A stretch of DNA of 64,000 bases from Anaerolineales bacterium (GTDB lineage Bacteria > Chloroflexota > Anaerolineae > Anaerolineales > UBA11579). Below the pieces are notes generated by a model. The model saw only the letters and a list, made by a program, of their open reading frames with translations. It did no database searches and was not told the DNA's origin. Location: assembly GCA_035446285.1 (NCBI GenBank), contig DAOMSJ010000002.1, positions 182,592 through 246,591 of the forward strand. The letters are read 5' to 3'. The translations under genes and the position numbers were made by a program. Positions 1 through 9,311 of the stretch are shown piece by piece; position 1 is the first letter of the stretch; each line of letters starts with the position of its first letter.

Positions 1-835
1 ACACCGCCGATCTCGCTGTTCATGAGAGTCTGCGCCAGCAGGTCGGCCAGCATGGGGCGCTCTTCAAACACGCGCAGGGCGCGCTGGGCGGCGTCCGCAT
101 CGCTGAACTCGGGTTGGGCCAAGACATTGGTCAGGCCGTCCTGTAGCACTTCACCGGTGAGCGGGCTCTGCGTATTCTGCAGCTCGGCCTGCACCAGCTT
201 GAAGATCTCGCCGGCCAGTTCGCCCATGGCGGGCGCGGGCGCCTGCATGGTATCCAGCGTCACGCCGCGCAGGTGCTGGTTGAGCTTATCCGCCGTGCTG
301 CTCAGACGCTCCTGGTCCATGGCATCTTTGAGCGCCAGCATTTGCTGGCGCACCAGGCCGTTCTCCAGCACCAGCACCATGAGCACCTGGCGGCCGGTGG
401 TGAGAATGAGCTCCAAGTGCTTGAAGCGCGCCGATTGTGTCTGCGGGGCGGTGATGAGCGAGGCGGCGCGCGATTGGTTGGCCAGCACCGAGGCGGCCAG
501 CTTCATCCACTGCTGCGTCTCGTGGCGCGCCTGGTAGAACTGGTGGCTGATGGTATGGCGCAGCGAAGCCGGCAGCTCCTGGCGCGCCATCAGCTCACCC
601 ACGAAGAAACGAAAGCCTTCCTCAGTGGGCACACGGCCGGCAGAGGTGTGCGGCTGACGCAGGTAGCCGGCTTCGGTAAGCTCGGCCATCTCGTTGCGAA
701 TGGTGGCCGAGCTAAAATCCAGCGCGTACTGATCCATTAGGCGCTTGGAGCCGACCGGCTGGGTGCTTTCAACGAAATCCTGAACGATGAGGCCCAGGAT
801 GAGCTTTTGGCGCTCGCTAAGTGGTTGAACGGTCA
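1..835 (-). CDS. hrcA: Heat-inducible transcription repressor HrcA (3' end runs off the window start)
   Basis: Absent from the ORF track because it is open to the window edge. My minus-strand translation from the ATG at 835-833 reads MTVQPLSERQKLILGLIVQDFVESTQPVGSKRLMDQYALDFSSATIRNEMAELTEAGYLRQPHTSAGRVPTEEGFRFFV..., a typical HrcA N-terminus. A perfect CIRCE lies just upstream. The plus-strand ORFs 22..537 and 273..740 are antisense artefacts. Confidence 0.9.
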
Positions 836-850
836 TGTTCTGGCATTTTT

Positions 851-877
851 TTAGCACTCTCACATCGAGAGTGCTAA
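851..877. promoter_or_regulatory. CIRCE operator (HrcA binding site), TTAGCACTC-N9-GAGTGCTAA
   Basis: The sequence ttagcactc tcacatcga gagtgctaa is an exact match to the CIRCE inverted-repeat consensus. It lies 16 nt upstream of the hrcA ATG. Confidence 0.95.
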
Positions 878-892
878 AGCACACTATTCCTC

Positions 893-921
893 ATTTTAAC
901 AAGCGTAAACAGGGCAGTCAA
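893..921 (-). promoter_or_regulatory. Sigma70-type promoter of hrcA (TTGACT-17 nt-TAAAAT on the minus strand)
   Basis: The minus strand reads TTGACT gccctgtttacgcttgt TAAAAT. CIRCE follows about 15 nt downstream of the -10 box. Confidence 0.7.
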
Positions 922-975
922 GAAAATGACTGTCCTGTGGGCGTTTCTTACAAAGGTCTAAGATGGACGAAAGGC

Positions 976-2175
976 TTACTGATTGACCGAGTCAAAGGCC
1001 TGCTGCACATAAATGGAGTTGGGGTTAGCCTCACGCGCCAGGTTGAACTGCTCCAACATGCCGGCGCGGTCACCCTGTTTCTGCAGCATCCAGCCCTTCC
1101 ACAGCAGCACATCTTCAGAGTTGGGCGTGATCACCAGCGCGTAGTCAACGAGCTGCTGCATATCGTCCAGCCGATTGGTGTGATAGTAGGCCCAGAAGGG
1201 GCCGAACTGGTAGCGCAGCATACGCATGGGCAGGCCGATCACGCGCGCCTGGTCAAAGGCCACAGCAGCGTTGCCGTAATCCGCCAGGTAGACCTGGTTC
1301 ATGCCCAGGTTGAACCAGGCGTAAGCATTGTCTGGTTGCTGCTCCACTTCCAGCTGTGAAGCCAGCAGGGCGTTCTGGCGATTGACACGCGCATCCCAAT
1401 CCTCACCCAGGATGGCCTCTACCGTAGCGGCCTGCTCCGGGCGGAAGACGAGGTTGTAGACGCGGTTGAAATGCTGCCACCACATATCAAATTCTTCGTA
1501 GCCCATGCGCTGGTCAGGCCCGTTGTAGCTGTCCTGAAAAATAAACTCACCGGCCGCATCGTCATAGCCAGTGACCAGGGCGTAGTGCCCATTCCAGTAA
1601 TCATCATTGAAGAGGTAATCGATCTCAATGACATGGCCCTTTTCCACCATCACGGGAATGCCGGCGGCCAGTAGTTGTTTGATCATTTCGAGGCTGCCGT
1701 TGACGCGGAACAGGGTGTTCAGCGCGCCCACGTTGACGCGCACGTAATAATCCAGCTCATCCACATTCACATTGCGGTCTGCTGAGACGGGCTTGATGAC
1801 ATCCGAGATGGTGTATTGATCGCCACCCCAGCCATAGAAGCGCAAGTACATCGCCAGCGTGGCCGGGCCGCAGTTGTTTGGCCCCTGAGTGATGTGCGCC
1901 GGGGGCGGCAGCACCATCAACGCAGGCAGCGGCGTGGGGCTGGCTTGCGGGGTGGCCGTGGGCGGCGCCGGCGTGTGCGTTGGCAAAACCTGCTGGCTGC
2001 TGATGGCCACTTGCGGCGGCGGCAGCTCACCAACAGGATTCAGGCGGCTGCGCACAAAGACCTGCGCCAGGTCCAGGCGCCACTCCAGCCGTTCTTTGAC
2101 GGCTGGGATCTGATACACAAGCACGGCCAGCAACACCAGGCCGAGCAAGACAAAAGCAATGTTACGAATACGCAT
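976..2175 (-). CDS. Membrane-anchored peptidase C39-like (BtrH-like) protein with C-terminal TPR-like repeats
   Basis: 399-aa ORF with an N-terminal TM helix (IAFVLLGLVLLAVLVY) and a Pro-rich linker. It carries a Cys motif NNCGPATLAMYLRFYGW and a His motif GHYALVTGYDD, as in C39-like peptidases. The tail is TPR-like (AYAWFNLGMNQVYLADYGNAAVAFDQA). Confidence 0.65.
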   Translation of the reverse strand: MRIRNIAFVLLGLVLLAVLVYQIPAVKERLEWRLDLAQVFVRSRLNPVGELPPPQVAISSQQVLPTHTPAPPTATPQASPTPLPALMVLPPPAHITQGPNNCGPATLAMYLRFYGWGGDQYTISDVIKPVSADRNVNVDELDYYVRVNVGALNTLFRVNGSLEMIKQLLAAGIPVMVEKGHVIEIDYLFNDDYWNGHYALVTGYDDAAGEFIFQDSYNGPDQRMGYEEFDMWWQHFNRVYNLVFRPEQAATVEAILGEDWDARVNRQNALLASQLEVEQQPDNAYAWFNLGMNQVYLADYGNAAVAFDQARVIGLPMRMLRYQFGPFWAYYHTNRLDDMQQLVDYALVITPNSEDVLLWKGWMLQKQGDRAGMLEQFNLAREANPNSIYVQQAFDSVNQ

Positions 2176-2474
2176 TGGATGATTGTATCCAGCCTTGCTG
2201 AGTACAAACTAAGTGTTCGCATGCACCAGCGGAGCTTTCGTTGGGCACGCGGAAGGGGATAGCACGCGTAAGGCGATGCTGACCCTCGGCGACATGACCA
2301 CCGGCGACACGAGTGTCACCACGGTGGGGAGTTCACCGTCACGCCGCTGGAGGTAAACCCGTACCCGCTAGCCTCAGCGCCGGTGGACTATGCCGATTAC
2401 ACCGTCACGCTGGAGTTATACGCAGACTGAGCCAAGCCAACACAGCAAACCAAAAGACGCCCCTCACATGTGCG

Positions 2475-2969
2475 CTAATCCAACCGGCTTGATTTCACAT
2501 CACGTTCAATCTCGTTGGAAATACGCACTAAACCCTCCTCAATCTGAAGAGAAAGTGCATCTAGATGACTAAAGTCGGGATTCTCGATCAACACAGTTTC
2601 GAGAATAGAGTATTTAGGCATCTCTGTTCTGCCTGCGTTCCACTCCTTATCTTTGAAGAAATTCCAGTACTTCTTTTGTACTGGAGCCGTCTGTCCTAGA
2701 AGCCAAATTTCAAAGTGAACTTTCTGGTGATTCAACACCAGCCCCATCTTTAGCTTCCTCTCCTTCAGGAAGGAATTTGAATAGTAAAAATAGGTATAGT
2801 CCATATACCCTTGCAAAAGGCTTCCAAAGGAATATTTATCGGAAAGATTTTTAGCAAGGGTGTTGCCCAGGCTCATTACATACTTGACCAACCCCGCGTA
2901 GGCTATCGGGATATCCCCCTTCTCCATCTCCTTTTTGTAGATCTCGACATAGTGATTTAGGTCTTTCAT
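2475..2969 (-). CDS. Hypothetical protein (low-GC gene, family not recognised)
   Basis: 164-aa ORF, Lys/Tyr/Asn-rich and visibly AT-richer than its neighbours. It has clean coding character and no competing ORF. Confidence 0.6.
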   Translation of the reverse strand: MKDLNHYVEIYKKEMEKGDIPIAYAGLVKYVMSLGNTLAKNLSDKYSFGSLLQGYMDYTYFYYSNSFLKERKLKMGLVLNHQKVHFEIWLLGQTAPVQKKYWNFFKDKEWNAGRTEMPKYSILETVLIENPDFSHLDALSLQIEEGLVRISNEIERDVKSSRLD

Positions 2970-3094
2970 TTAGGTAAGTCCTTGTTCAATTTGACTGGAT
3001 CACAGCCAGTTTAATGGTGAATTGCTTGTCTCAAGATGTGCCATGGACAGAGCTACGCGGCTGTCTCACCGAAAATAGCTATAATCTTTTCCAC

Positions 3095-4456
3095 ATGAAA
3101 TACCACATCTGGACCGAAGGCTGCCAAATGAACGTGGCCGATTCGCAGCGCGTGGCTTCTGCGCTGGAGCAGCTGGGTTACCAGGCCACGCCGGTGATCG
3201 AAGAGGCACAGGTCATCGTGCTCAACACCTGCGTGGTGCGCCAGAGCGCCGAAGACAAGGCCATGGGCCGCGTCACCTCGCTCAAGCCGCTCAAGCAAGC
3301 CCGTCCGGAGGTCACCATCAACCTGATGGGCTGCATGGTGGGGGTTAAGGGCCAGGACAAGCTGCGCGAGGCGCTGCCCTTTGTGGATGTGTTCTCGCCG
3401 CCCTCTGACCCCGGCCCGCTGGTGGCCCACCTCACGCAGGATGACAGCCGCTTCATTGAGCTGCATGACACGCAACAGCGCTTCGAGCTGATGGACGGCA
3501 ACCTGGTGCTGCCCGCCGAGGAGCGCGGCAGCCTGGTGAGCGCGCACGTGCCCGTGGTGTATGGCTGCTCGCACGCCTGCACTTTTTGCATCATCCCCTA
3601 CCGCCGCGGCGTAGAACGCAGCCGCCCACTGGGCGAGATTGTGGCCGAGATCCGTTCCCTTGCGGCGCAAGGCGTAAAAGAAGTGACCCTGCTGGGCCAG
3701 ATCGTGGACCGCTACGGCAAAGACGTGACGGATGGCCCCACCCTGCCCGCCCTGCTGCGCCAGGTCAGCGACGTGGAGGGCATCGAGCGCATCCGCTTCC
3801 TGACCTCGCACCCCAACTGGATGAGCGATGAGCTGCTGGAAACGGTGTCCAGCCTGCCCAAAGTAATGCCGCACATTGAAGTGCCGGTGCAAGCCGGGCA
3901 TGACGAAGTGCTGGCCAACATGAAGCGCGGCTACACCGTGGCTGAGTACCGCGCCCTGGTGCAGCGTATCCGCCGCATCATTCCGAATGTCTCTATCGCT
4001 ACTGACATCATCGTCGGCTTTCCCGGCGAGACCGAAGCGCAGTTCGAGGGCACGCGCCAGCTGCTGGCCGAGCTCAAGCTGGACGTAGCGCACCTGGCAC
4101 GCTACTCCACGCGCGAGGGCACCGTGGCCGCCCGCCGCATGCTGGATGACGTACCCGAGGATGAAAAGATGCGCCGCCTGAAGGTGCTCGACAGCCAGCA
4201 AGAGGCCATCCTCACGGAGATCAACGCCCGCTATATGGGCGAGACGGTACCTGTGCTATTCGAGGAAGACGTGCGCGGCCGCTGGAAGGGGCGCACGGAA
4301 ACCAACAAGCTGGTCTTTGTGCAGAGCGAGCGCAGCCTGCAAGGGCAGCTGCTGCCGGTGCAGATCACCTGGACCGGGCCGTGGTCCATGCAAGGCCGCC
4401 TGCTGCCAGACCCGGCAGCCCTGCCGATCCTTGTTGAGCAGATCTCGGTTTCGTAG
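3095..4456 (+). CDS. miaB: tRNA-2-methylthio-N6-dimethylallyladenosine synthase MiaB (radical SAM)
   Basis: Starts MKYHIWTEGCQMNVADS (UPF0004 domain) and contains the radical-SAM CxxxCxxC motif GCSHACTFCIIPYRRG plus a C-terminal TRAM region. I chose the ATG at 3095 rather than the ORF-track start at 3014. TATAAT lies at 3080-3085. Confidence 0.9.
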   Translation: MKYHIWTEGCQMNVADSQRVASALEQLGYQATPVIEEAQVIVLNTCVVRQSAEDKAMGRVTSLKPLKQARPEVTINLMGCMVGVKGQDKLREALPFVDVFSPPSDPGPLVAHLTQDDSRFIELHDTQQRFELMDGNLVLPAEERGSLVSAHVPVVYGCSHACTFCIIPYRRGVERSRPLGEIVAEIRSLAAQGVKEVTLLGQIVDRYGKDVTDGPTLPALLRQVSDVEGIERIRFLTSHPNWMSDELLETVSSLPKVMPHIEVPVQAGHDEVLANMKRGYTVAEYRALVQRIRRIIPNVSIATDIIVGFPGETEAQFEGTRQLLAELKLDVAHLARYSTREGTVAARRMLDDVPEDEKMRRLKVLDSQQEAILTEINARYMGETVPVLFEEDVRGRWKGRTETNKLVFVQSERSLQGQLLPVQITWTGPWSMQGRLLPDPAALPILVEQISVS

Positions 4457-4499
4457 TTAGCTAAAAATATCACCACAAAAACACAAAGTTTTAGTTCTC

Positions 4500-4616
4500 G
4501 TCATTCTGAGCGCAACAGCCGAAGGCTAGGAATCCTTTAGGCCACTTTAAAGGTATATATTTTTGAAATGATCTAAAGGATTCCTCCTCGCGGCTATGCC
4601 GCTCGTTCGGAATGAC
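4500..4616. repeat. Palindromic mini-repeat, type A (GTCATTCTGAGCG...GGAATCC / GGATTCC...CGCTCGTTCGGAATGAC)
   Basis: 117-bp element with terminal inverted repeats gtcattctgagcg / cgttcggaatgac and inner inverted repeats ggaatcctttag / ctaaaggattcc. A related copy lies at 16732-16856. Confidence 0.85.
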
Positions 4617-4652
4617 AAGAAAGTGCAGCGTCGGGGTTGGGGCGCGATTTTT

Positions 4653-4699
4653 GTCATTGCGAGGAGTATTGCCGCTTGCGGCAAACGGACGAAGCAATC
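4653..4699. repeat. Mini-repeat type D (GTCATTGCGAGG-hairpin-GAAGCAATC)
   Basis: The sequence is gtcattgcgaggagtattgccgcttgcggcaaacggacgaagcaatc. A related copy lies at 40992-41036. Confidence 0.8.
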
Positions 4700-4774
4700 T
4701 GGCTTTTTGCAACCATTAGGGGCGAAGCATGCTTCGCCGTGTTTTTGTGCTTTGGTGGTTTGGCTTTTTAACGC

Positions 4775-4804
4775 GCAAGCGGGCGCCTCGCCGCGCCCGC
4801 TTGC
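4775..4804. other. Perfect 12-bp-stem hairpin (GCAAGCGGGCGC ctcgcc GCGCCCGCTTGC) in a convergent intergenic region
   Basis: Read directly from the sequence. It lies between the 3' ends of miaB (+) and the MFS gene (-) and has no U-tract. A perfect 18-bp palindrome, ggcgaagcatgcttcgcc, sits nearby at 4721-4738. Confidence 0.6.
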
Positions 4805-4903
4805 CAACAAAGAGGAGGAGAGAAGTGGCAGAGTCCACTGGCTCCTACGCTCTAGGACGCACAGTGGGTGCAGCTTCTTACCTACCTATCCCAACGAATT
4901 TGG

Positions 4904-6172
4904 CTAGTTCGCCGTTACCGCCTTTCCTGACGGGTGGCCCTCTTCCACGCTCATCACCGCCGGCAGGAAAAAGCCTGCCACGCCGATGAGCACACACACC
5001 AGCCCACCTGCCATATACCAGGTTTGCACGCCAAACTGGTCCGATAACGGGCCAGCCAGCATCAAGCTAAAGGGAGATGCGGCCGTAGCCACGCTGCCGA
5101 TCAGCGTGAACACGCGCCCTTGCATCCCCGGCTCCACGGCGGTCTGGAAGATAGCTCCCAGCGAGCCGTTGGTGATCGGCACCGCCAACCCCACGCCAAA
5201 CATGCTGGCCACCGCCCACAGCAAGCCCGTGGGCGGCACAACGCCAACCAGGAATGAGAACAAGCCAATGCCCATAATGCCCACTAGCACAGTAGCCACC
5301 TGGCGCTTGAAGCCACCCCAGGCGCCCAGCAGCAAGCCGCCGGCGATCACGCCGACGCTGAACACCGCATCAAATAGCGCCAGGTCTTTCACCCCGCCAT
5401 TGAAATACTTGGTGATCAGCAAGGGGGTCAGTGCACCGGCTGGTGTGAGCATGAAGTTGATGGCAGTGGCCATCAGCAAGATGATCAGCAGGCCGCGCCA
5501 CAGGAAGACATAGCGCAAACCGGCGCGGAAGTCCTCCCAAAAACTGGTGGGCGCCGCATCGGGGGATGCCTTGGGCGGCTGGGGAACTTGGAAGAAGAAC
5601 AGCGGCAGCACCGCCAGCATGGCGGTGACCACATCCACCGCCAGCACGCCCTGCATGGGCAAGAGCTCCAACAGCAGCGCGCCCAGCGGAGCCGAGACCA
5701 CGTTCAGGCCACCACCCAGCATCTGGTTGATGCCCTGAATACGCCCCAGATGACGCTTAGGCACCATCAACGAGGTAGAGGCCGCCATGGCCGGGCCATG
5801 GAAGCTGCCGCCCAGCGAGCGCAGGAACATGAGCGCATAGATGTGCCAGATCTGCACAAGTTCAAAGGCGAACAAGGCGGCCAGAATCAGCGTGCACACG
5901 GCGATGCTCGTGTCAGCCAGCATCATGATGCGGCGACGGTTGCCACGGTCCACGAACGAGCCGGCCAACGGGCCGATGAGGATGCTGGGCAGCAGCGCCA
6001 CCAGGGTGGCGGTGGTCAGCACGGTGGCCGAGCCGGTCTGCTTGGTGAGATACCAAACCAGGGCGAACTGCACCAACTGGCTGCCCAGCAGCGAGAAGGC
6101 CTGCCCCGTCCAAATAGTGAAGAACCGGCGCTGCCAGTTTTGTTGCTCTAACGGATCAACTTCAGAGGTCAT
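4904..6172 (-). CDS. MFS transporter (paralog 1 of a tandem pair)
   Basis: About 12 TM segments and the motif GSQLVQFALVWYLTKQTGSATVL...GPLAGSFVDRGNRRRIM. I chose the start at MTSEV (6172), preceded by GGAG; the ORF track starts at 6202. Confidence 0.85.
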   Translation of the reverse strand: MTSEVDPLEQQNWQRRFFTIWTGQAFSLLGSQLVQFALVWYLTKQTGSATVLTTATLVALLPSILIGPLAGSFVDRGNRRRIMMLADTSIAVCTLILAALFAFELVQIWHIYALMFLRSLGGSFHGPAMAASTSLMVPKRHLGRIQGINQMLGGGLNVVSAPLGALLLELLPMQGVLAVDVVTAMLAVLPLFFFQVPQPPKASPDAAPTSFWEDFRAGLRYVFLWRGLLIILLMATAINFMLTPAGALTPLLITKYFNGGVKDLALFDAVFSVGVIAGGLLLGAWGGFKRQVATVLVGIMGIGLFSFLVGVVPPTGLLWAVASMFGVGLAVPITNGSLGAIFQTAVEPGMQGRVFTLIGSVATAASPFSLMLAGPLSDQFGVQTWYMAGGLVCVLIGVAGFFLPAVMSVEEGHPSGKAVTAN

Positions 6173-6201
6173 AGATCTCCTCAAAAAAATACAAAGACGC
6201 A

Positions 6202-7467
6202 TTACGCCTTAGTGGGTACTGCCGGCTGCGGGCGGCCTTTTTCCAGATCACGCACCGCGGGAATAAGAAAACCAAATAAACCCATCAGTGCAGACAGCAC
6301 GCCGGCCACTTGATACCACAATGGCACACCGTAGCTGTCCACCAGCGGGCCAGCCAACAACAGGCCCAGCGGAGCCATGGCGCTGGCCAGGCTGATCACC
6401 AGTGAGAACACGCGGCCCTGACGCGCTGGGTCGACCGTGGCCTGCATCACCGCCCAGAACGAGCCGTTGGAAAGCGGCAGCATCATGCCCGCCATCAGTA
6501 CGAACGCCACGCCGAGCGTGAAGCCACTGGGTGGCAGCAGGCCAAGCAGGGTAAGAGCAATGCCCAACCCCAGCAGGCCGAGCTGCGAAGTGTAAATACG
6601 GCGTTTGAAGCCGCCCCACACGCCCAGCAACGCACCGCCCAGGACAATGCCCAGGCCCCATGCGCCCTGCAGCCAGCCAAATTCGGCCGCCCCTTGCTGA
6701 AAGTGCTTGGTGACCAATAATGGGAATAATGAAATCGCCGGGCTGAACAAAAGATTGATGAGCATGGACATGACCAATAGCATCATCAGCCCTGGCCAGC
6801 TCCACACATAGGAGAAGCCCTCACGGAAAGCCGCCCAGAAGCCCTGCCTGCCCGTGGCGCCGTCTGCTGCCTTGGCCGGCTGCGGGATGGCCAGCGGCAG
6901 CACCAGCATAATGGCGATGGCCGCCGTCACCACATCGATGGCCAGCAGTCCCTGTGTTGGCAGGAACTCCAGCAACAGCGCCCCCAAGGGTGCGGCCACC
7001 ACGCTCAGGCCGCCATTCAATACTTGGTTCACGCCTTGAATGCGCGGCAGGTGTTCCTTGGGAACCATGAGCGAGGTTGAAGCGCTAAAGGCCGGGCTGT
7101 GGAAGCTGCCGCCCAAGGAGCGCACCGCCATCAGGACATAGATATGCCAGATCTGCACGGCACCGGTAGCGAACAAGAGCGCCAGCACCACCGTGGCCAG
7201 CGCAATCGCCCCGTCGGCCAGGATCATGATGCGCTTGCGCTCACCGCGGTCCACGATGGACCCAGCCAGCGGGCCCAGCAGGATGTTGGGCAACAGGGCC
7301 ACCAGTGTAGCGGTGGCCAGCACGGTAGCCGAGCCGGTTTCACGCGTCAGGTACCAGACCAGAGCGAACTGCACCAATTGGCTGCCGAGCAAAGAAAGGG
7401 CTTGCCCGATCCACATTTGGAAGAAGGGGCGCTGCCAGCGCGGGGACACTATTTGTGAGGGCTGCAT
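6202..7467 (-). CDS. MFS transporter (paralog 2 of a tandem pair)
   Basis: 421-aa ORF that aligns over its full length with the downstream paralog (GSQLVQFALVWYLTRETGSATVL...GPLAGSIVDRGERKRIM). Confidence 0.85.
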   Translation of the reverse strand: MQPSQIVSPRWQRPFFQMWIGQALSLLGSQLVQFALVWYLTRETGSATVLATATLVALLPNILLGPLAGSIVDRGERKRIMILADGAIALATVVLALLFATGAVQIWHIYVLMAVRSLGGSFHSPAFSASTSLMVPKEHLPRIQGVNQVLNGGLSVVAAPLGALLLEFLPTQGLLAIDVVTAAIAIMLVLPLAIPQPAKAADGATGRQGFWAAFREGFSYVWSWPGLMMLLVMSMLINLLFSPAISLFPLLVTKHFQQGAAEFGWLQGAWGLGIVLGGALLGVWGGFKRRIYTSQLGLLGLGIALTLLGLLPPSGFTLGVAFVLMAGMMLPLSNGSFWAVMQATVDPARQGRVFSLVISLASAMAPLGLLLAGPLVDSYGVPLWYQVAGVLSALMGLFGFLIPAVRDLEKGRPQPAVPTKA

Positions 7468-7643
7468 CAGGAAAATTGCACCTTAGAAAAGAAATCTGAA
7501 ACGAGAGAGGAAAGAAATGAACATTTTTTGCTCCTTATATACGAATAATAAACATGTATTTTGATTTTGTCAATAGGAATATCACAATTTCTAAGGTTTG
7601 GTGCAAATTTCTTGAATTTCTGGAAAATCGCTTACACTTTAGC

Positions 7644-8432
7644 ATGGAAACCACACAAATATCCCCTCTGCACGTAGAAATCAAGGGGTCTGGCACCCCG
7701 GTGTTACTCATCCATGGCTTTCCCTTCACCAGCCGCATGTGGAAACCGCAGCTCGATGGGCTCTCTCATGCCGGCCAGATCCTGGCGCCTGACCTGCCCG
7801 GCTTCGGCGCTTCCCCGGCGGCCGAGCCACCCTTCGGCGTAGACCAGCTAGCCCAAGCCTGCATGCATACGCTGGATACCCAAGGTATCACCGGCCCGGC
7901 CGTCATCGGCGGGCTCTCGATGGGAGGCTATATTGCCCTTGCGATCGCGCGCCTCTACCCCGAACGGCTGCGCGGCCTGATGCTGCTCTCTACCCGCGCC
8001 GGCGCCGACAGCGCCGAGGCTAAAGCCAACCGCGACAAGAGCATTGCCACCGCCCAGGAGCAAGGCCCTACCCCGGCCGGCGAAGGCATGTTCCCCAAGC
8101 TGCTGGCCCCCGCCAACTACGAAGCCCAGCCCGAAACCGCTGCGGAGCTCAAGACCATCATGGCCAGCGCTACCACGGCTGGCGTGGTGATGGCGCTGAG
8201 CGCTATGCGAGACCGCCCAGACTCCACCCCCACCCTGGGCCAGATCAGCGTGCCTACATTGATCGTGCACGGCGAGGACGACCAGGTGATCCCCAAGAGT
8301 GAGGCCGAGGCGATGGCCGCCGCCATCCCCAACAGCCAGCTGCACATCATCGCCAACGCGGGGCATGTGCCCAATTTGGAGCAGGCGGCTGAGTTCAACG
8401 CCGCGCTCGAGGGTTTCATCCGCAGCGTATAA
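7644..8432 (+). CDS. Alpha/beta-fold hydrolase
   Basis: Contains PVLLIHGFPFTSRMW, the nucleophile elbow GLSMGG and a C-terminal GHVPNLE motif. I chose the start at METTQ (7644). Confidence 0.85.
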   Translation: METTQISPLHVEIKGSGTPVLLIHGFPFTSRMWKPQLDGLSHAGQILAPDLPGFGASPAAEPPFGVDQLAQACMHTLDTQGITGPAVIGGLSMGGYIALAIARLYPERLRGLMLLSTRAGADSAEAKANRDKSIATAQEQGPTPAGEGMFPKLLAPANYEAQPETAAELKTIMASATTAGVVMALSAMRDRPDSTPTLGQISVPTLIVHGEDDQVIPKSEAEAMAAAIPNSQLHIIANAGHVPNLEQAAEFNAALEGFIRSV

Positions 8433-8459
8433 GCCGAGGCTAAACGATATAATCCCGCC

Positions 8460-9311
8460 ATGCTGCGCAGCAATCGCATGGAGCCGGTGGATTATGTTGC
8501 CATTGGCCACATCACCCTAGATGACACTCCGGAAGGGCCGCGCATCGGCGGCTCGGCCGCTTATGCCGCCTTGACCGCGCAGGCCTTTGGCCTGCGCGCC
8601 GGCATCGTCACCGCGTGGGGCGAGGAGCTGCCCGCCGACGCGCTGGCGGGTGTAGCCATCCACAACATCGGCGCTCAGCACAGCACGCGCTTCGAGAACA
8701 GCTATGTAGACGGGGCACGCACCCAGCGCATTTCGCAGTTGGCGCCAGAGCTGGACTACTACTACATTCCCGAAGCCTGGCGCAGCACGCCCATCGTGCA
8801 CCTGGCGCCGGTTGCGCAAGAAGTCTCCCCACGCATCCTGAGCTATTTCTCTGATTCCACGCGCTGCGCCACGCCGCAAGGCTGGCTGCGCGAGTGGGAT
8901 GCCGATGGCCGCATCCAGCCGGCCGATTGGCTTGAAGCCGAGCTGACCCTCAGCCGCCTGGATGCTTGTATTCTAGGACTAGAAGATGTGGGCGGCGACC
9001 TGACCCGTGTCGACAGCATGGCGGCGCTGTGCCCCGTGCTTGTGGTGACCGACGGCAAAGCCGGGGCTCATCTGTACTCGCAGGGCGAAATCACGCACAT
9101 TCCGGCCGTGCCAGCAGATGAAGTTGACCCGACGGGGGCTGGCGATGTGTTCGCTGCCACTTTCTTTTTGCAACTGCACCGCAGCGGAGATGCACACCTG
9201 GCCGGCCACCTGGCCGCCCGGGTAGCCGCCCACGCCGTTACGCGCGTGGGCCTGGCGGGTATCCCCACACGCGATGAACTCTTTGATCTCTTAGCGGAGG
9301 CTGCGGCTTAA
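8460..9311 (+). CDS. PfkB-family (ribokinase-like) carbohydrate/nucleoside kinase
   Basis: Carries the PfkB signature DPTGAGDVFAATFF near the C-terminus. Its stop overlaps the parA start (TAATG). TATAAT at 8448-8453 lies 6 nt upstream of the ATG. Confidence 0.8.
   Translation: MLRSNRMEPVDYVAIGHITLDDTPEGPRIGGSAAYAALTAQAFGLRAGIVTAWGEELPADALAGVAIHNIGAQHSTRFENSYVDGARTQRISQLAPELDYYYIPEAWRSTPIVHLAPVAQEVSPRILSYFSDSTRCATPQGWLREWDADGRIQPADWLEAELTLSRLDACILGLEDVGGDLTRVDSMAALCPVLVVTDGKAGAHLYSQGEITHIPAVPADEVDPTGAGDVFAATFFLQLHRSGDAHLAGHLAARVAAHAVTRVGLAGIPTRDELFDLLAEAAA

Noticed and set aside
2390-2572. 60-aa plus-strand ORF and other small ORFs between 2176 and 2474.
   Set aside because: It overlaps the 3' end of the 164-aa minus-strand gene and has no start context. 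The region is better explained as a decayed gene remnant plus a spacer.
4741-4770. The GTGCTTTGGTGGTTTGGCTTT motif (also at 11287-11312) as a small-RNA gene.
   Set aside because: There are only two copies in the window, both embedded in repeat mosaics. No promoter and terminator pair frames them. It is folded into the repeat-family observation rather than called as an ncRNA.
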